DNA from: a virus
DNA: 64,000 nucleotides
Reading direction: 5' to 3' (one strand)
IMG/VR virus record: IMGVR_UViG_3300005573_000073
Coordinates: 29,706-93,705 of that record
The notes beneath the pieces are model-generated. The model was not told the DNA's origin. It made no database searches and saw only the letters and a program-made list of their open reading frames with translations. Positions within the stretch are counted from its first letter, which is position 1. The number at the start of each line of letters is the position of its first letter. Both the position numbers and the translations under genes were made by a program. Shown one piece after another: positions 40,553-50,885 of this stretch.

Positions 40553-42209
40553 TAAGGTAAATGTCGATAAACGCTTCTGGTAAATCTCTAAAGTCGCTGA
40601 TTTTTGTTCTTTTAATTCCCTTCACTTCTTTAGCAAAGTTTTCAAGATTATAACATTCACTAAACCCCACGAACATTATTTCAATTCCACTTTTAACGCA
40701 TTGTTCAATAACTTTTTTAGCTTCTCCTTCATCACTAAAACAAAAATCACTAGCGATAACTAGAATCTTGCGTCTATCTTCCCTTATACCATTAAACATC
40801 TTGAGAAAACTTTCAATTAAATCGTGAATTCTTGTTCCACTTGCATTAACGCTGATGTTTGGAATTCTTGCACGTGTTGTGTAAAACTGTTCAAAGAAAG
40901 TTTTAATCTTCTGTATGTCTTGAGCAAAAACTCCAACTGCAAAACTATAATCATCAACGAAATTGCCGAAAACTTCGTTAAAAATCGTTGTTATACGCAA
41001 AGCGGTTGTTTTATTGACGCTTCCACTAAAATCGACAAGAAAAGCAATGTTAATTTTCTCTTTTTCAAGTCTTAAATCGTTGTGAACATAAACGTTGCTA
41101 ACTTGTTTTCTTAAGCTATTCGTATAACATCTAGTTAAAATGTTGCTCATTATTCTTCCACGTTTTTGGTAAATGTCCTTCTGTATTTTAGGTTTCAAGT
41201 TTAACTTGAGTTTTGACAGTAATCTGTCAATTTCTGGCTTAACTTCTCCCACTAAATTTTCATAAGCTAAAATGTCTGGTTCTGGCGAAGGTATTTCTTC
41301 TCCCGTTCCCATTCCCGCACTAACATTCTTCTTTAAATCTTGCTCTAATTTTTGTCCTTCCTGCTGTTCCGCTTCAATTTCAGCTTTAATCAGTTTATCC
41401 AACGCTTTTTGAAGTTGTTTACTGATATTACCGTTAATTTTTCCCCCGTCAAAAGCTAACATCAGTTGATTATAAGAATCTTCGCTTTCTTGTTGTTGTT
41501 GGTTATCTTCTTTTGCAAAAGGCTTTATAATTTCGTAAATCTGTTTATAAATGCTTAAAATTTCAATTCGTAAACGTGAATACTTAACTTTCTCCAATAA
41601 ATCAAGACATTCATCGATAGCTTCATTCTCTTTAGTTTTAAGATTATTTCTTATTGGAGTTATATCAACGTTATAAAGTGTTTTTCCACTTATTGCCCCA
41701 ACAATTAAACTTGTCGTTGAAATTGGATTCTTCAACGTGTCTTGCATGTTGGTTTCTAACATGTCTTTAAAAATCAATTCCTTCAAAACTTGTCTTTTAC
41801 CCAAGTCGAATCTAAATCTGTTCTTGCCATAATAATTAACTCTTTTATCTTCCCCAATATTGATTATTTCCCGTGCTAAAAATGGAAATTCTTTGTTATT
41901 ATTTTGTAATTGCGAAACCCAACTTTCAAAATATTTAGCTAAAGGTTTACTTAAAACATAATGTAAAGCTTCATGCATAAGGCTACTATCAAGTATTTTT
42001 TGTGCGATGCGTTCATTATTTTTAGCGTAGTCTGGATAAGCATTAGTTGTTAAAGTTATAGTGTTAGTTGCATAATCAAAACTGCATGTTTTAGCTTTTT
42101 CGTCATATTGCAATTTTAATTGCTTATCCCGTGTAATAGCAATTGCAATGTTTCTTAATTCTTCAAGATTTTTGCTGAAGTTTTCTTTAACGCTTTTTTT
42201 CTTTTCCAT
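40539..42209 (-). CDS. VWA-domain protein with N-terminal HExxH domain (CobT-like MoxR partner)
   Basis: MHEALH...NIGEDKRVN; MIDAS DFSGS, GT, ASD. Confidence 0.85.
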   Translation of the reverse strand: MEKKKSVKENFSKNLEELRNIAIAITRDKQLKLQYDEKAKTCSFDYATNTITLTTNAYPDYAKNNERIAQKILDSSLMHEALHYVLSKPLAKYFESWVSQLQNNNKEFPFLAREIINIGEDKRVNYYGKNRFRFDLGKRQVLKELIFKDMLETNMQDTLKNPISTTSLIVGAISGKTLYNVDITPIRNNLKTKENEAIDECLDLLEKVKYSRLRIEILSIYKQIYEIIKPFAKEDNQQQQESEDSYNQLMLAFDGGKINGNISKQLQKALDKLIKAEIEAEQQEGQKLEQDLKKNVSAGMGTGEEIPSPEPDILAYENLVGEVKPEIDRLLSKLKLNLKPKIQKDIYQKRGRIMSNILTRCYTNSLRKQVSNVYVHNDLRLEKEKINIAFLVDFSGSVNKTTALRITTIFNEVFGNFVDDYSFAVGVFAQDIQKIKTFFEQFYTTRARIPNISVNASGTRIHDLIESFLKMFNGIREDRRKILVIASDFCFSDEGEAKKVIEQCVKSGIEIMFVGFSECYNLENFAKEVKGIKRTKISDFRDLPEAFIDIYLNVAN

Positions 42210-42453
42210 ACTCTATTCGCCCCTTACTAAAATTTACATCTTTCATTAATTGTGATGCTTTCTTGAATCTCCATGATGTTTGTGGATAATTCAAAAATTT
42301 ATTGCGAATAACTGATTCATAAGCTAACTTTATTAATTGTTGTCTAAAACTTTTTTTATCTGGAAATTGAGTATTAAGTTTAACTAAATCAACTTCTGGA
42401 GTAATAAGATGATATAATTCACGATTCGTGAGAATTGTTTTTTGATTCTTCAT
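42187..42453 (-). CDS. Hypothetical protein
   Basis: First gene after the promoter at 42491-42525; AGGTGA RBS. Confidence 0.55.
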   Translation of the reverse strand: MKNQKTILTNRELYHLITPEVDLVKLNTQFPDKKSFRQQLIKLAYESVIRNKFLNYPQTSWRFKKASQLMKDVNFSKGRIEYGKEKKR

Positions 42454-42526
42454 CAGTTCAAGCCTTCACCTTAACTTAAACTCATTTGGCTTATTTAAGC
42501 ATTTCGTTAATTTTCCATACAACCTT

Positions 42527-42796
42527 TTATCTAAAAACAAATGGTTTCACTATTTTTCTTTTTTCTTTACCTTTTTTAACAAAGTTTTGCCAATAAGCAT
42601 GGACAATATCTCCCGATTCTAACTTTAATTTTTTCTCTTTAAAAATTTTTTTCCACTCGTCAAAACAATTATGACAAACAGCATAAGTATTTACGTCATT
42701 CCATACATCAGTATTCCAATTGTCAAAAACATATGTGAATTCTTCGACTTTTTTGTGGCATACATCACACTTTTTTAAATAATCAATTACGTTCAT
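42527..42796 (-). CDS. FxFR-tailed Zn-finger protein (DNW subfamily)
   Basis: CDVC...FDNW...CHNC; ends KIVKPFVFR. Confidence 0.75.
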   Translation of the reverse strand: MNVIDYLKKCDVCHKKVEEFTYVFDNWNTDVWNDVNTYAVCHNCFDEWKKIFKEKKLKLESGDIVHAYWQNFVKKGKEKRKIVKPFVFR

Positions 42797-42809
42797 TTTT
42801 AATCATCTC

Positions 42810-43022
42810 TTATCTAAAAACGAATTTAAATTGTTGCTTTGCAATAATGAAAACATTATACTTTAACCCTAAAATGTTCTGTTCTTCCTTTGGTAATTGA
42901 GAGAAAAAAGTCTTTAAACAGTTATTACACATAAAACAAGAATAGTGAAGTTTTCCATTAATAATTTCTTCAACATAATATACCGCTTTCGAATTACAAC
43001 GTTTACAAAACATTTTAATCAC
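42810..43022 (-). CDS. FxFR-tailed Zn-finger protein
   Basis: CKRC...CNNC; ends QFKFVFR. Confidence 0.7.
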   Translation of the reverse strand: MIKMFCKRCNSKAVYYVEEIINGKLHYSCFMCNNCLKTFFSQLPKEEQNILGLKYNVFIIAKQQFKFVFR

Positions 43023-43172
43023 ATCACAAAAAAAGGGAAAATTTTAACGTATATAATCACTTGTTTTCTTCCGTTCCACGTAGCATTTTATTAGTCGGCG
43101 AATATTTGCGTTTATCTGCATTATTTCTTTCTCAAAGTCTTTCAATAAATCTTCCATGTTTTCTCCCTTCTT

Positions 43173-43826
43173 TTAAGTTGTTTTGGTTTCTTTTTCTTTT
43201 TGTTCTTGTTGTTGAAGAATCATTGCTTCAACTTGGCTTATCTTGTCGCTTAAAATTTCCGCTGTGTCTTGTATTTCTTGTTGTGCATCTTGGCTTTTTA
43301 ATTCTTGTGCTAATTCGTTTACTATTTCGTACGCCTTTTTACAACGCCATAAGTTGCTTTTGCTCATTCTCTTTTCTGTTAATGCGTTATCGCAATATGC
43401 GATATGTTCCATGCAGAATTGTAGTAAAAACTCTATTTTTTGTGTTTCGTAATCTTGAAAGCCTTCTTCTGTTGTTAGTATTGGAATTATTCTTATTCGT
43501 CTATCCACGTTATCAAAGTTTTTGCTTTTCAAGTCGCTTTTAATTTCTTCTAGTAAAACTTTCGCTGTTTCTAATCTATCTTTTGCAATAAGCCAAGATG
43601 ATTCTAGGTGTCTTGTTGCCTTAATCTTAAATTTAAGCGTGAAAAACAGTTTATTTCTGATTTGCTCTGCATATTTGTTTCTTTCTTTAATTTCTTGTCT
43701 TTCTTGTTCCGTTGCGTTTTTAGGAATCTTAATTTTACTGTTTAAGTCATACTCAATAACGTATAGTTCTTCACCGAAAATTCCCATTTTCTTTAATTCT
43801 TCTTTGTCTAATATTAATTCTGTCAT
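43173..43826 (-). CDS. Hypothetical protein coupled to the MoxR ATPase
   Basis: TAATG coupling; N-terminal YVIEYDL...HLESSWL is weakly Cas2/VapD/PaaX-like; helical C-terminus. Confidence 0.6.
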   Translation of the reverse strand: MTELILDKEELKKMGIFGEELYVIEYDLNSKIKIPKNATEQERQEIKERNKYAEQIRNKLFFTLKFKIKATRHLESSWLIAKDRLETAKVLLEEIKSDLKSKNFDNVDRRIRIIPILTTEEGFQDYETQKIEFLLQFCMEHIAYCDNALTEKRMSKSNLWRCKKAYEIVNELAQELKSQDAQQEIQDTAEILSDKISQVEAMILQQQEQKEKETKTT

Positions 43827-44710
43827 TAGTCATCTTCCCCCTTTTCTTTTCCTTCTTCCTTTAACTTTTCTATTTCGGGCAGTTTTGTCGATTCTTCATA
43901 TAGTCGTTGGAACATACTTTGCTCTTCTTCTGGATAAAGGCTTTTTGCAATTTCGATTATTTCTTCTTCTGCAAGATTGTCTTTCCACATTTTAGCATAG
44001 TTTATAAGGTTTCCCGTTGTTAATGGAGTGCGAAGTTTTCCTTCCCGATAAAGCCTTCTTGTCTTATTGGCTAACTCAACGAATTTGCGTGAAAACTCAT
44101 AATTTCCCGAAATTTCCTTAATTAGCTTTGTTTCTTGGGTTATCGAAAGATAATCAACGATTATGCCTTCAAATCTTCTCATAGTTGCGATATTGGTTAT
44201 GAATGTTCCGCTGTAAGACGCTTTTTCACATGGATTATAGCTTATGATTATATAGTGTTTTGCGGTTCTTTCGAAAGTTTTTTCCAATTCTGGTATATAG
44301 ACATTTCCCCTAAAATCTGCAAGACTTTCTATAAGGCTAATTACTCCCGATTCAGCGTAGTTGAAACCATCTAAATATAATATTGCACCTTCCTTTGCTT
44401 CAAGCCACTTTGTTATAATGCCTTTTCTTACAGTTGAATTGCCTTCTTTTAGTGTGTCACATGCCAATAAATCCCAGCGACTTATATCACGTGTCAAGAC
44501 AATTTCGAATAATTGCATGTTAAGTTTTTTAGCTATTGCATAAGCTAAAGTTGTTTTTCCCGTTCCCGTTTCGCCCACAAGACGCAAATTTCCCACGTTT
44601 TTAAGTATTGCTAGTGCTTTTCCCATATAGTTTTTTTCATCTACAAACACAACGTTTTTAACTATTTTTCCGCCAATTTCACTTATTTTTGTTTCTTTTG
44701 TTTCAGACAT
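43826..44710 (-). CDS. MoxR/CbbQ/CobS-type AAA+ ATPase
   Basis: GETGTGKT, LYLDGFN (variant Walker B), SYNP...YSGT...ATMRRF. Confidence 0.85.
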   Translation of the reverse strand: MSETKETKISEIGGKIVKNVVFVDEKNYMGKALAILKNVGNLRLVGETGTGKTTLAYAIAKKLNMQLFEIVLTRDISRWDLLACDTLKEGNSTVRKGIITKWLEAKEGAILYLDGFNYAESGVISLIESLADFRGNVYIPELEKTFERTAKHYIIISYNPCEKASYSGTFITNIATMRRFEGIIVDYLSITQETKLIKEISGNYEFSRKFVELANKTRRLYREGKLRTPLTTGNLINYAKMWKDNLAEEEIIEIAKSLYPEEEQSMFQRLYEESTKLPEIEKLKEEGKEKGEDD

Positions 44711-45753
44711 TTTACATCACTTTGATTTAAAGAGTTGTTTAACTCCTTTATAAGTATTTCGTTATTTTTCCATGCAATCTTTTTTCATCATCATTATTAA
44801 TATGGTTTATTACATTAATGTTTAAGCTAAAAAAGTCAAACCTGTTGCCTGCTTTTTGAAAAACAAGCTGTTTCCTGCCCGATTTTGACAAACAAAGCCT
44901 GAAAAAGCACGGAAAATCCAACCGATTAGACCAGATAAAAATTTTAAACAATTCGTTAAATCCATTCTTCCAAAAAGATTTAGGGTAAAACTTTTAGTAA
45001 AAAAATTCGCAAAGTTTCCAAACCAAATAAGCCCAATTTAAGCCCCTTTTCGCCAAAGTATGTTCAACACAAATACACATTCCCCCTTTTTAAAAAAGAA
45101 GGCTAAATCAAGCCCCTTGGCTAATTTAAGTCGCTTTTGGTTATTGTAGGTAGACGTTTCACAACACCTAAAATTTTAAGTAATTCGTTAAATTTTTAAT
45201 GGTTATGAAGATGGTTAAAAATGCACGTTGCTTCACGTTCTTTTAATGTTTTTTGTGAATTTTTGTTTGTGGTTTTTCCATGATTTTTCCATAGTTTCTG
45301 AAAGTTTCACGAAATTGTTTGTGTTGTTTGTGGGACAACGTGAATGGTGTTATGGGAAAAAAGTATGTTGGAACGTTGAATCACGTTCAAGTTTAAGTAA
45401 TTCGTGAATTTTTCTGCGAAACATTTAAATATTTAAGTTTATATTTTGTAGTTAAGGTTTAAATAATGTTTCAAAAATTTAAACATGTGAACAGAAAATT
45501 GAACGAAAACCAAGTTCGACAAAAATTCGAAAAGTTAAACTTTTAGTTGAACTGTGGGTTGGACAAAAAAACTACATAGGCGATTTTTTTCGGAAATTTT
45601 TTTGGAAAATTTTTTCGGGTTTTTTGGCAGTTTATTTTTGGTTTTTAACTGATTGTTTAAAATTTATAATTTCAAAAATTAATAACGAGCAGGTCGGTGC
45701 TTAAAACAAAAAATAATTTGGAATCAAAATTTTTGGCGAAAAAATTAAACAAT

Positions 45754-45850
45754 AAAAATTTTAAAGGGCAGGGGATTTATGCGAGTGATGTATTTTTCAC
45801 ATTCCCATTCAGTATCACAGTATTTTTCTGGTAACATCACACGCACATTA
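45754..45850 (-). ncRNA. Candidate small hairpin RNA A (or 30-aa micropeptide at 45837-45745)
   Basis: Own BRE-TATA at 45871-45888; 11/12-bp closing stem (45780-45791 with 45834-45845); C-rich then oligo-T tail. Confidence 0.35.
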
Positions 45851-45927
45851 CATTTTAATATCAAAACAACTATTTAAATTTTACGGTTTTTATGAAAAAA
45901 AATAAAAAGAGAAAAAAGGGGGGTTTT

Positions 45928-46341
45928 TTAGCGGACATAATGTATTGAAAAGTCTTCGTGGTCGAACTTGTTAAGCTGGTCTAGTGAACCGAAGTATTGG
46001 TCGAATGAAATGTGTTTGACTTCGTGTTTCGCCATGTTTCCAATGTTTAAATAGTTTTGAACTATTGTTACGTCTGATTTGTCTTTGAAGTAAACCCAAA
46101 GTTCAACATTGGAAACTTTGTCATCTGTGTTTCGTAGGTCAAACTCTATATGTAACATTCCATTTGCACAAGTAATGTGTTCTGTAACGTTTTCAACCGT
46201 TACTACTGATGATTCTTTTTGTTTAGTCCAGAAACCAATGCCATTTGTCGGTAACGTGAAGAAGTAGCCACTACAGGCAGTTGCAGTTGCAACAACTATT
46301 AATGATAGCAAAGCAATTAACACGAATTTTTTCTTATTCAT
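45928..46341 (-). CDS. Secreted / membrane-anchored protein
   Basis: Signal peptide MNKKKFVLIALLSLIVVATATAC followed by an Ig-like beta domain. Confidence 0.65.
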   Translation of the reverse strand: MNKKKFVLIALLSLIVVATATACSGYFFTLPTNGIGFWTKQKESSVVTVENVTEHITCANGMLHIEFDLRNTDDKVSNVELWVYFKDKSDVTIVQNYLNIGNMAKHEVKHISFDQYFGSLDQLNKFDHEDFSIHYVR

Positions 46342-46519
46342 TTGTTTTCACCTCTCTAACTTTTGCATAGTTTCTTTTATCATATTTTGGGTTCATGTTT
46401 TGTAGCCATTTTTTCTTTTCCATTACAGCTTCTTCTTTTGTTGTATGGATAGACACTAAATCACCTAAAACAAACACGCCATATCTTGCTTTCTTATTCA
46501 TTTTTTTCTCACTTGACAA
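46334..46519 (-). CDS. Hypothetical protein
   Basis: Follows the promoter at 46538-46571. Confidence 0.5.
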   Translation of the reverse strand: MSSEKKMNKKARYGVFVLGDLVSIHTTKEEAVMEKKKWLQNMNPKYDKRNYAKVREVKTNE

Positions 46520-46572
46520 TTAATGTTTTAATTGTTGTTTATAAACTTTGCTGTATTTTCCCATGCAACCTT

Positions 46573-46815
46573 TTATCTAAAAACAAATTTTACTTTATGT
46601 TTCGCCTTTAAAAATTCTCGCCAAACACTTTTTCCTTCAACATACATTTTAGCGTTTTTCTCAAAAAACTTAAACCATTCTTCTACACAAATAGGACATA
46701 AATAAATGTAAATGGAAGCAGAATTAATGTCTTTGTAAGGTTTAAATTTTCTTTTACATTTTTGACATTTATATCGTTCACATTTGTGTTTTTTAAATCT
46801 TGCTATGGCAACCAT
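46573..46815 (-). CDS. FxFR-tailed Zn-finger protein
   Basis: CQKC...CPIC; ends KHKVKFVFR. Confidence 0.75.
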   Translation of the reverse strand: MVAIARFKKHKCERYKCQKCKRKFKPYKDINSASIYIYLCPICVEEWFKFFEKNAKMYVEGKSVWREFLKAKHKVKFVFR

Positions 46816-46824
46816 TTTTTAACA

Positions 46825-47316
46825 TCACCTAAAAACGAATGATTCTTTTCTAGTCTTGATTTTAATTTTGTGTCTTATTATATAATCAAACAGATTATTA
46901 CAACCCAACATATTATCTTCACCATCTCCTTCTTCACTACAATTTACTATGTCACCAGAATCAATAACTATCCCAGAATCAATAATCTCTCTGTTTCGTG
47001 TAACAAGAATTTCAAACCAATTGTTAGCTTCCCAATGTCCACATAATATTAAATCTTCAGTTAATTTTCCATCTTCACCATTACCTTCTTCAAACATAAA
47101 ATATTCAGTATCACTTTTCCAAATATCTATATCGCCAGAAGTAAAAAGCGAAATTTCTATATCACCTTTCGTAACTAATAAAATTGGTTCACTACTACCG
47201 TATTCATACCAAAACGTGCAATCATCTTCTTCAACATTCATTAAATTATTCACGCAAATTTTCCAATTCCACTTTTTCAAAATGTTTAACGCTTCTTCTC
47301 TATATGATTTTACCAT
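46825..47316 (-). CDS. FxFR-tailed acidic protein
   Basis: D/E-rich body without CxxC; ends KTRKESFVFR. Confidence 0.7.
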   Translation of the reverse strand: MVKSYREEALNILKKWNWKICVNNLMNVEEDDCTFWYEYGSSEPILLVTKGDIEISLFTSGDIDIWKSDTEYFMFEEGNGEDGKLTEDLILCGHWEANNWFEILVTRNREIIDSGIVIDSGDIVNCSEEGDGEDNMLGCNNLFDYIIRHKIKIKTRKESFVFR

Positions 47317-48161
47317 AATGGTTTCACATCTCCAATAAATCTTGATTTTCCCTTATGTTCAAATGGTTTACCTATTCCTTCAAACTTTGGAAATTGAATT
47401 AAATATGCATGATTTTCAGCTTTATCGTAAAAGATAAATTCAGATATGCCTTCTTCAAAGTTTGTTTTTAAAGTTTTCACTTTGTCTGCAACTTGTGAAC
47501 CGAACATTCTACTGATTTTTTGCACGTCATTATCGCCACTTGTTCTTCCAATAAGAAAATACCTTCTCCGTTCAACTACTCTGGTATCAACATCAGCTAA
47601 TCGCTGTGTTAAACCAATAATCACCATTCTAAAGTTTGTGCACTCACAATACAACTTATATAAGAATCTTCCACTCTTCAAGCCTAAACCATTCCTTCCA
47701 AGAACATTCTGAATTTCTTCAATCACATAAAAGTTTACAAACGGAACAACACCATTTAAACTATTCTTTAATTCGTGTTTATGCATAAAGTCCCGATACA
47801 TCAAATCCGCAATTACATTTTTAACATCTATAATGTCAGCTATTTCATGTAAATTCACAATTAAGTCTTGTTCTTCAAACGGTATAACACTTGTTTTAGC
47901 ATAATCAACAAAAGGAATACTGTCAAACTTAAACTTCCAATTTAACGTATCATCGAAGATTGTAAGTTTATATTCGTTTGTAGAATGTTTCGGAGAATCC
48001 CGTATTCGCCTAGCAATCCACATTACAGCATTAGTCTTGCCCGATTGATTTGTTCCCGAAACAATAAGTCCCCCGCTTTCTTCGATTTTCTTTATTATTT
48101 CGTCTAATTTTTTAATAAAGTCGGGAGAGATTTGTTTCGGTTCAGATTTTGGTTCAGACAT
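47310..48161 (-). CDS. P-loop ATPase, HerA/FtsK-like
   Basis: VSGTNQSGKT, YVIEEIQ, GLTQRLADVD. Confidence 0.75.
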   Translation of the reverse strand: MSEPKSEPKQISPDFIKKLDEIIKKIEESGGLIVSGTNQSGKTNAVMWIARRIRDSPKHSTNEYKLTIFDDTLNWKFKFDSIPFVDYAKTSVIPFEEQDLIVNLHEIADIIDVKNVIADLMYRDFMHKHELKNSLNGVVPFVNFYVIEEIQNVLGRNGLGLKSGRFLYKLYCECTNFRMVIIGLTQRLADVDTRVVERRRYFLIGRTSGDNDVQKISRMFGSQVADKVKTLKTNFEEGISEFIFYDKAENHAYLIQFPKFEGIGKPFEHKGKSRFIGDVKPLW

Positions 48162-48168
48162 TTTTTCT

Positions 48169-48390
48169 TCACTTTGAAAGTATTTCTACCGCTATAATCA
48201 AGTTTACAATCCATAAAACCCATAAAATTGCTGAAACATAAAGAAAACGAAGAACATCATTTAGAGAGTTAATAACGTTTATGGAAGCAAAAACATTATT
48301 TATTATTAAAGATTGCGTGTAGAAACAATAGTATGTTAATATTAAACATTCGACTACAACGATTATTTTTATTGCCAATTTCAACTTCAT
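48169..48390 (-). CDS. Two-helix membrane protein
   Basis: Two hydrophobic segments; follows the promoter at 48431-48465. Confidence 0.6.
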   Translation of the reverse strand: MKLKLAIKIIVVVECLILTYYCFYTQSLIINNVFASINVINSLNDVLRFLYVSAILWVLWIVNLIIAVEILSK

Positions 48391-48465
48391 TTTTTATCAC
48401 TAATCCTAATCCTAGTTATGTCATGTTCCAATATATAAAGTTTACTGTTTTTTTCCATACAATCT

Positions 48466-48714
48466 CTATCGAAATATGAAATTACTTCTTTGTTTGTCTG
48501 TATCTTCAATTTGTATAAGATGATGACAATCATAATTACAGTATTTACGTTTAACTTTTATTGCTTTTACAACTCTATATTCTTTCGTGTTAGTATAAGG
48601 ATTAATGGATTCTTCAACTAAAAACGTGCTACCTATTTCATTTGCATACCAATAACTTTGACGACTTGCTTTTAAAATTTTAACTTCAAACCTCGAATTA
48701 CTCACATTTTTCAC
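48466..48714 (-). CDS. FxFR-tailed small protein
   Basis: Ends KQRSNFIFR, coded TTC ATA TTT CGA TAG. Confidence 0.7.
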   Translation of the reverse strand: MKNVSNSRFEVKILKASRQSYWYANEIGSTFLVEESINPYTNTKEYRVVKAIKVKRKYCNYDCHHLIQIEDTDKQRSNFIFR

Positions 48715-48965
48715 CTAAACACAAATGGTTTCTTATCTTTCAAGTTTCCAATAAACATTTCCCATGTTGGATTAACGGGATTTTTTTGACCCTCTATCCA
48801 AGTGTATAACTTTTCAATTCTTTCATGATTATCGTCAAAGAAGGCACACCATTTTTTCCAACATGAATCACATAATTCGGCACTAATAGTCATATCATCT
48901 TTACGGGCTACAATTTTTTTTCCGCATTTTGAACAATTTCGTTCTATAAAACCATTTCGCAACAT
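48711..48965 (-). CDS. FxFR-tailed Zn-finger protein
   Basis: CSKC...CDSC; ends KDKKPFVFR. Confidence 0.75.
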   Translation of the reverse strand: MLRNGFIERNCSKCGKKIVARKDDMTISAELCDSCWKKWCAFFDDNHERIEKLYTWIEGQKNPVNPTWEMFIGNLKDKKPFVFR

Positions 48966-48977
48966 TTAATTTTCACT

Positions 48978-49169
48978 TTACAAATGTTTTGGAAAATGGT
49001 ATATTACTAGCCAGAATATTCCATACATTATTGGGGCAACTATACCAATGCTAATTAACCAAGCTAAAATTTTTACTGCAACTCCACCTTTTAAACAATT
49101 AGGGCAAAGCGTAGCTTTTTTATCTGTTGTTTCAAACTCTTTACCACATTTAAAACAAATTTTCTTCAT
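48978..49169 (-). CDS. Zn-ribbon protein with C-terminal membrane helix
   Basis: CFKC...CPNC then a hydrophobic segment. Confidence 0.6.
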   Translation of the reverse strand: MKKICFKCGKEFETTDKKATLCPNCLKGGVAVKILAWLISIGIVAPIMYGIFWLVIYHFPKHL

Positions 49170-49439
49170 TCTTTTTTCACTCCCTTATTTCTTTGCCATC
49201 TTTAAAATTAAATTACTTTATTGAAATATATAAACTTTACGCAGTTTTTCCATTCTATCTTTTTCCCATTCTATCTTTCTATCGCTGTCTCCATAAATTT
49301 TTTCCATGAAACTCCTTCTGTAAATTTTAAGTAATTAGTTAAAAATCCATTTCAAAAGGTTATGTAAAGCCCCGTTAAATTTTAAATTTTAAAAAAAATG
49401 TTAAAAAAAAAATAAAAAAGAGTTGTGTTTTGGTTTATT

Positions 49440-49580
49440 TTAAAATTGCAGTATTACAGTATCTTTAGGATTTACTTCGACTTCAGCTAATTTTCGCTTT
49501 GCACTTACACTTGCGTTTTTCTTAATGTTGTCTAAATCTTTTACTGCTGCAACATCTGTTTGCCAAATTTCAACTTTCAT
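49440..49580 (-). CDS. 46-aa protein downstream of the KaiC-like ATPase (not in track)
   Basis: MKVEIWQTDVAAVKDLDNIKK...TVILQF with GAGGTGA RBS. Confidence 0.55.
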   Translation of the reverse strand: MKVEIWQTDVAAVKDLDNIKKNASVSAKRKLAEVEVNPKDTVILQF

Positions 49581-49606
49581 TTTTTTCACCTCTTTATTAG
49601 TTTAGT

Positions 49607-50611
49607 TTAGTTTGGTTTTGTTTCTGATAAACGAACTAGTCCTTCTGGAGTTATAATGTATTTTTTGTATCGTGCATCATATTTGCAAATGCGATTTTTC
49701 AGTATTCTGAAGAAGTAAACGACTTCGCCTTGTTTTGCGTTAGTATCTAACTTAATTGTGCTATCCCATGATGACAACCGTTTATAATCCATTTCTATAA
49801 CTATGTCTGCAATGTGGCTTAAAGCTAAACCCCCTGCCAATGCTAAACTGTCAGCTTCATCTATAGCCCTTTGATTAACCATTAATGAAGTAATACCATG
49901 CAGTTGAAAATACTTCATTAATTCGCCTAGTCTATATTTGATTTGTCCACGTGTATCTTCAAGCAAAGTTAAACTGTCAATTGCAACAAAATCAATTTTT
50001 CTTGTTTCAATTAAGAAGCGGAGTGTTGAAACAAAGTTTGACCATTCTCTTAATTCAGCATTAGAAACAGCGTCAAGCACAAACAAGTTATCAGCAATTT
50101 TCTCCCATTCTAACTTTAAAATTTTTGCCCTTTCTTTAAGTCTTGATTCTAAATCGTATCTTGGTGTTTCTGCACGAAAAACTTCTTCGCTTGTAACGAA
50201 AGCCACTTTTACGCCTTTATTTGCAAGTTGTAAACAAATTTCTTCAATTAGTAAAGATTTTCCGCTGTTTGGCAATCCACTTAACAATGCACAAGAACCA
50301 AATGGAACCCCGTCAATTGCTTTATCGTTTTCGTCTATGAACATTCCATCGATGAAAGTGTATGTTTTAAATCCTAACAATTGTTTCTTTTCCGCAGTTT
50401 TAGAAACAGTAATTATGTTTTTGTTTTCTTTTTGTTCTTCTATTGGTTTTTTAAACGGTTCTGTTGCCAATGTCCATTCGTTGTTGCCGTTTTGTGCTTG
50501 TTGAATCATTGTAGCCATGCTTTTCGCAAACACGTCAGCTAACTGTTGAATGTTAATTTGGTTTTGGTTATTTTGGTTTTGTTTGTTATTGTTTGGTTTT
50601 GTTTCAGACAT
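49607..50611 (-). CDS. KaiC-like RecA-superfamily ATPase (single domain)
   Basis: GLPNSGKS, FVTSEE, VAIDSLT, SHIADIVI, RILKNR. Start moved to MSETKP at 50611, downstream of the promoter at 50646-50678. Confidence 0.8.
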   Translation of the reverse strand: MSETKPNNNKQNQNNQNQINIQQLADVFAKSMATMIQQAQNGNNEWTLATEPFKKPIEEQKENKNIITVSKTAEKKQLLGFKTYTFIDGMFIDENDKAIDGVPFGSCALLSGLPNSGKSLLIEEICLQLANKGVKVAFVTSEEVFRAETPRYDLESRLKERAKILKLEWEKIADNLFVLDAVSNAELREWSNFVSTLRFLIETRKIDFVAIDSLTLLEDTRGQIKYRLGELMKYFQLHGITSLMVNQRAIDEADSLALAGGLALSHIADIVIEMDYKRLSSWDSTIKLDTNAKQGEVVYFFRILKNRICKYDARYKKYIITPEGLVRLSETKPN

Positions 50612-50645
50612 TTTTATCACGATTAAAAGAAAATACTTTTGGGAC

Positions 50646-50678
50646 TTATAAACTTTACTGTTTTTTTCCATGCTACCT
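50646..50678 (-). promoter_or_regulatory. Example of the extended promoter AGRTWGYATGGAAAA + BRE + TATA
   Basis: Minus strand AGGTAGCATGGAAAAAAACAGTAAAGTTTATAA; 10 similarly spaced copies found. Confidence 0.7.
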
Positions 50679-50885
50679 AAAAACAAAATGTTGTTTTTGT
50701 TTACCGACAAGTTTTTTGAAGCAATCTGGACATAAATATAAACAATTGAAGGGATTATTTTTATTGTAATATATATATTCAGAAGTTTTAAAACAATGCA
50801 AACAAATATATGGAGTTTGAGAATAAAGCAATTCGTAACCATCTTCCATAATTTTTGGTTTTTTCTTGTTCATCATTTTAATCAC
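50673..50885 (-). CDS. FxFR-tailed Zn-finger protein
   Basis: CLHC...LCPDCFKKLV; ends KQKQHFVFR. Confidence 0.75.
   Translation of the reverse strand: MIKMMNKKKPKIMEDGYELLYSQTPYICLHCFKTSEYIYYNKNNPFNCLYLCPDCFKKLVGKQKQHFVFR

Noticed and set aside
43061-50504. Long plus-strand ORFs (43061, 43522, 46949, 49938 and similar)
   Set aside because: Antisense shadows of well-supported minus-strand genes.
49607-50611. Circadian clock system
   Set aside because: Single-domain KaiC-like ATPase with no KaiA or KaiB recognised.
50612-50842. 77-aa N-terminal extension of the KaiC-like ORF in the track
   Set aside because: It overlaps an FxFR gene and a promoter; the ATG at 50611 has a proper RBS.
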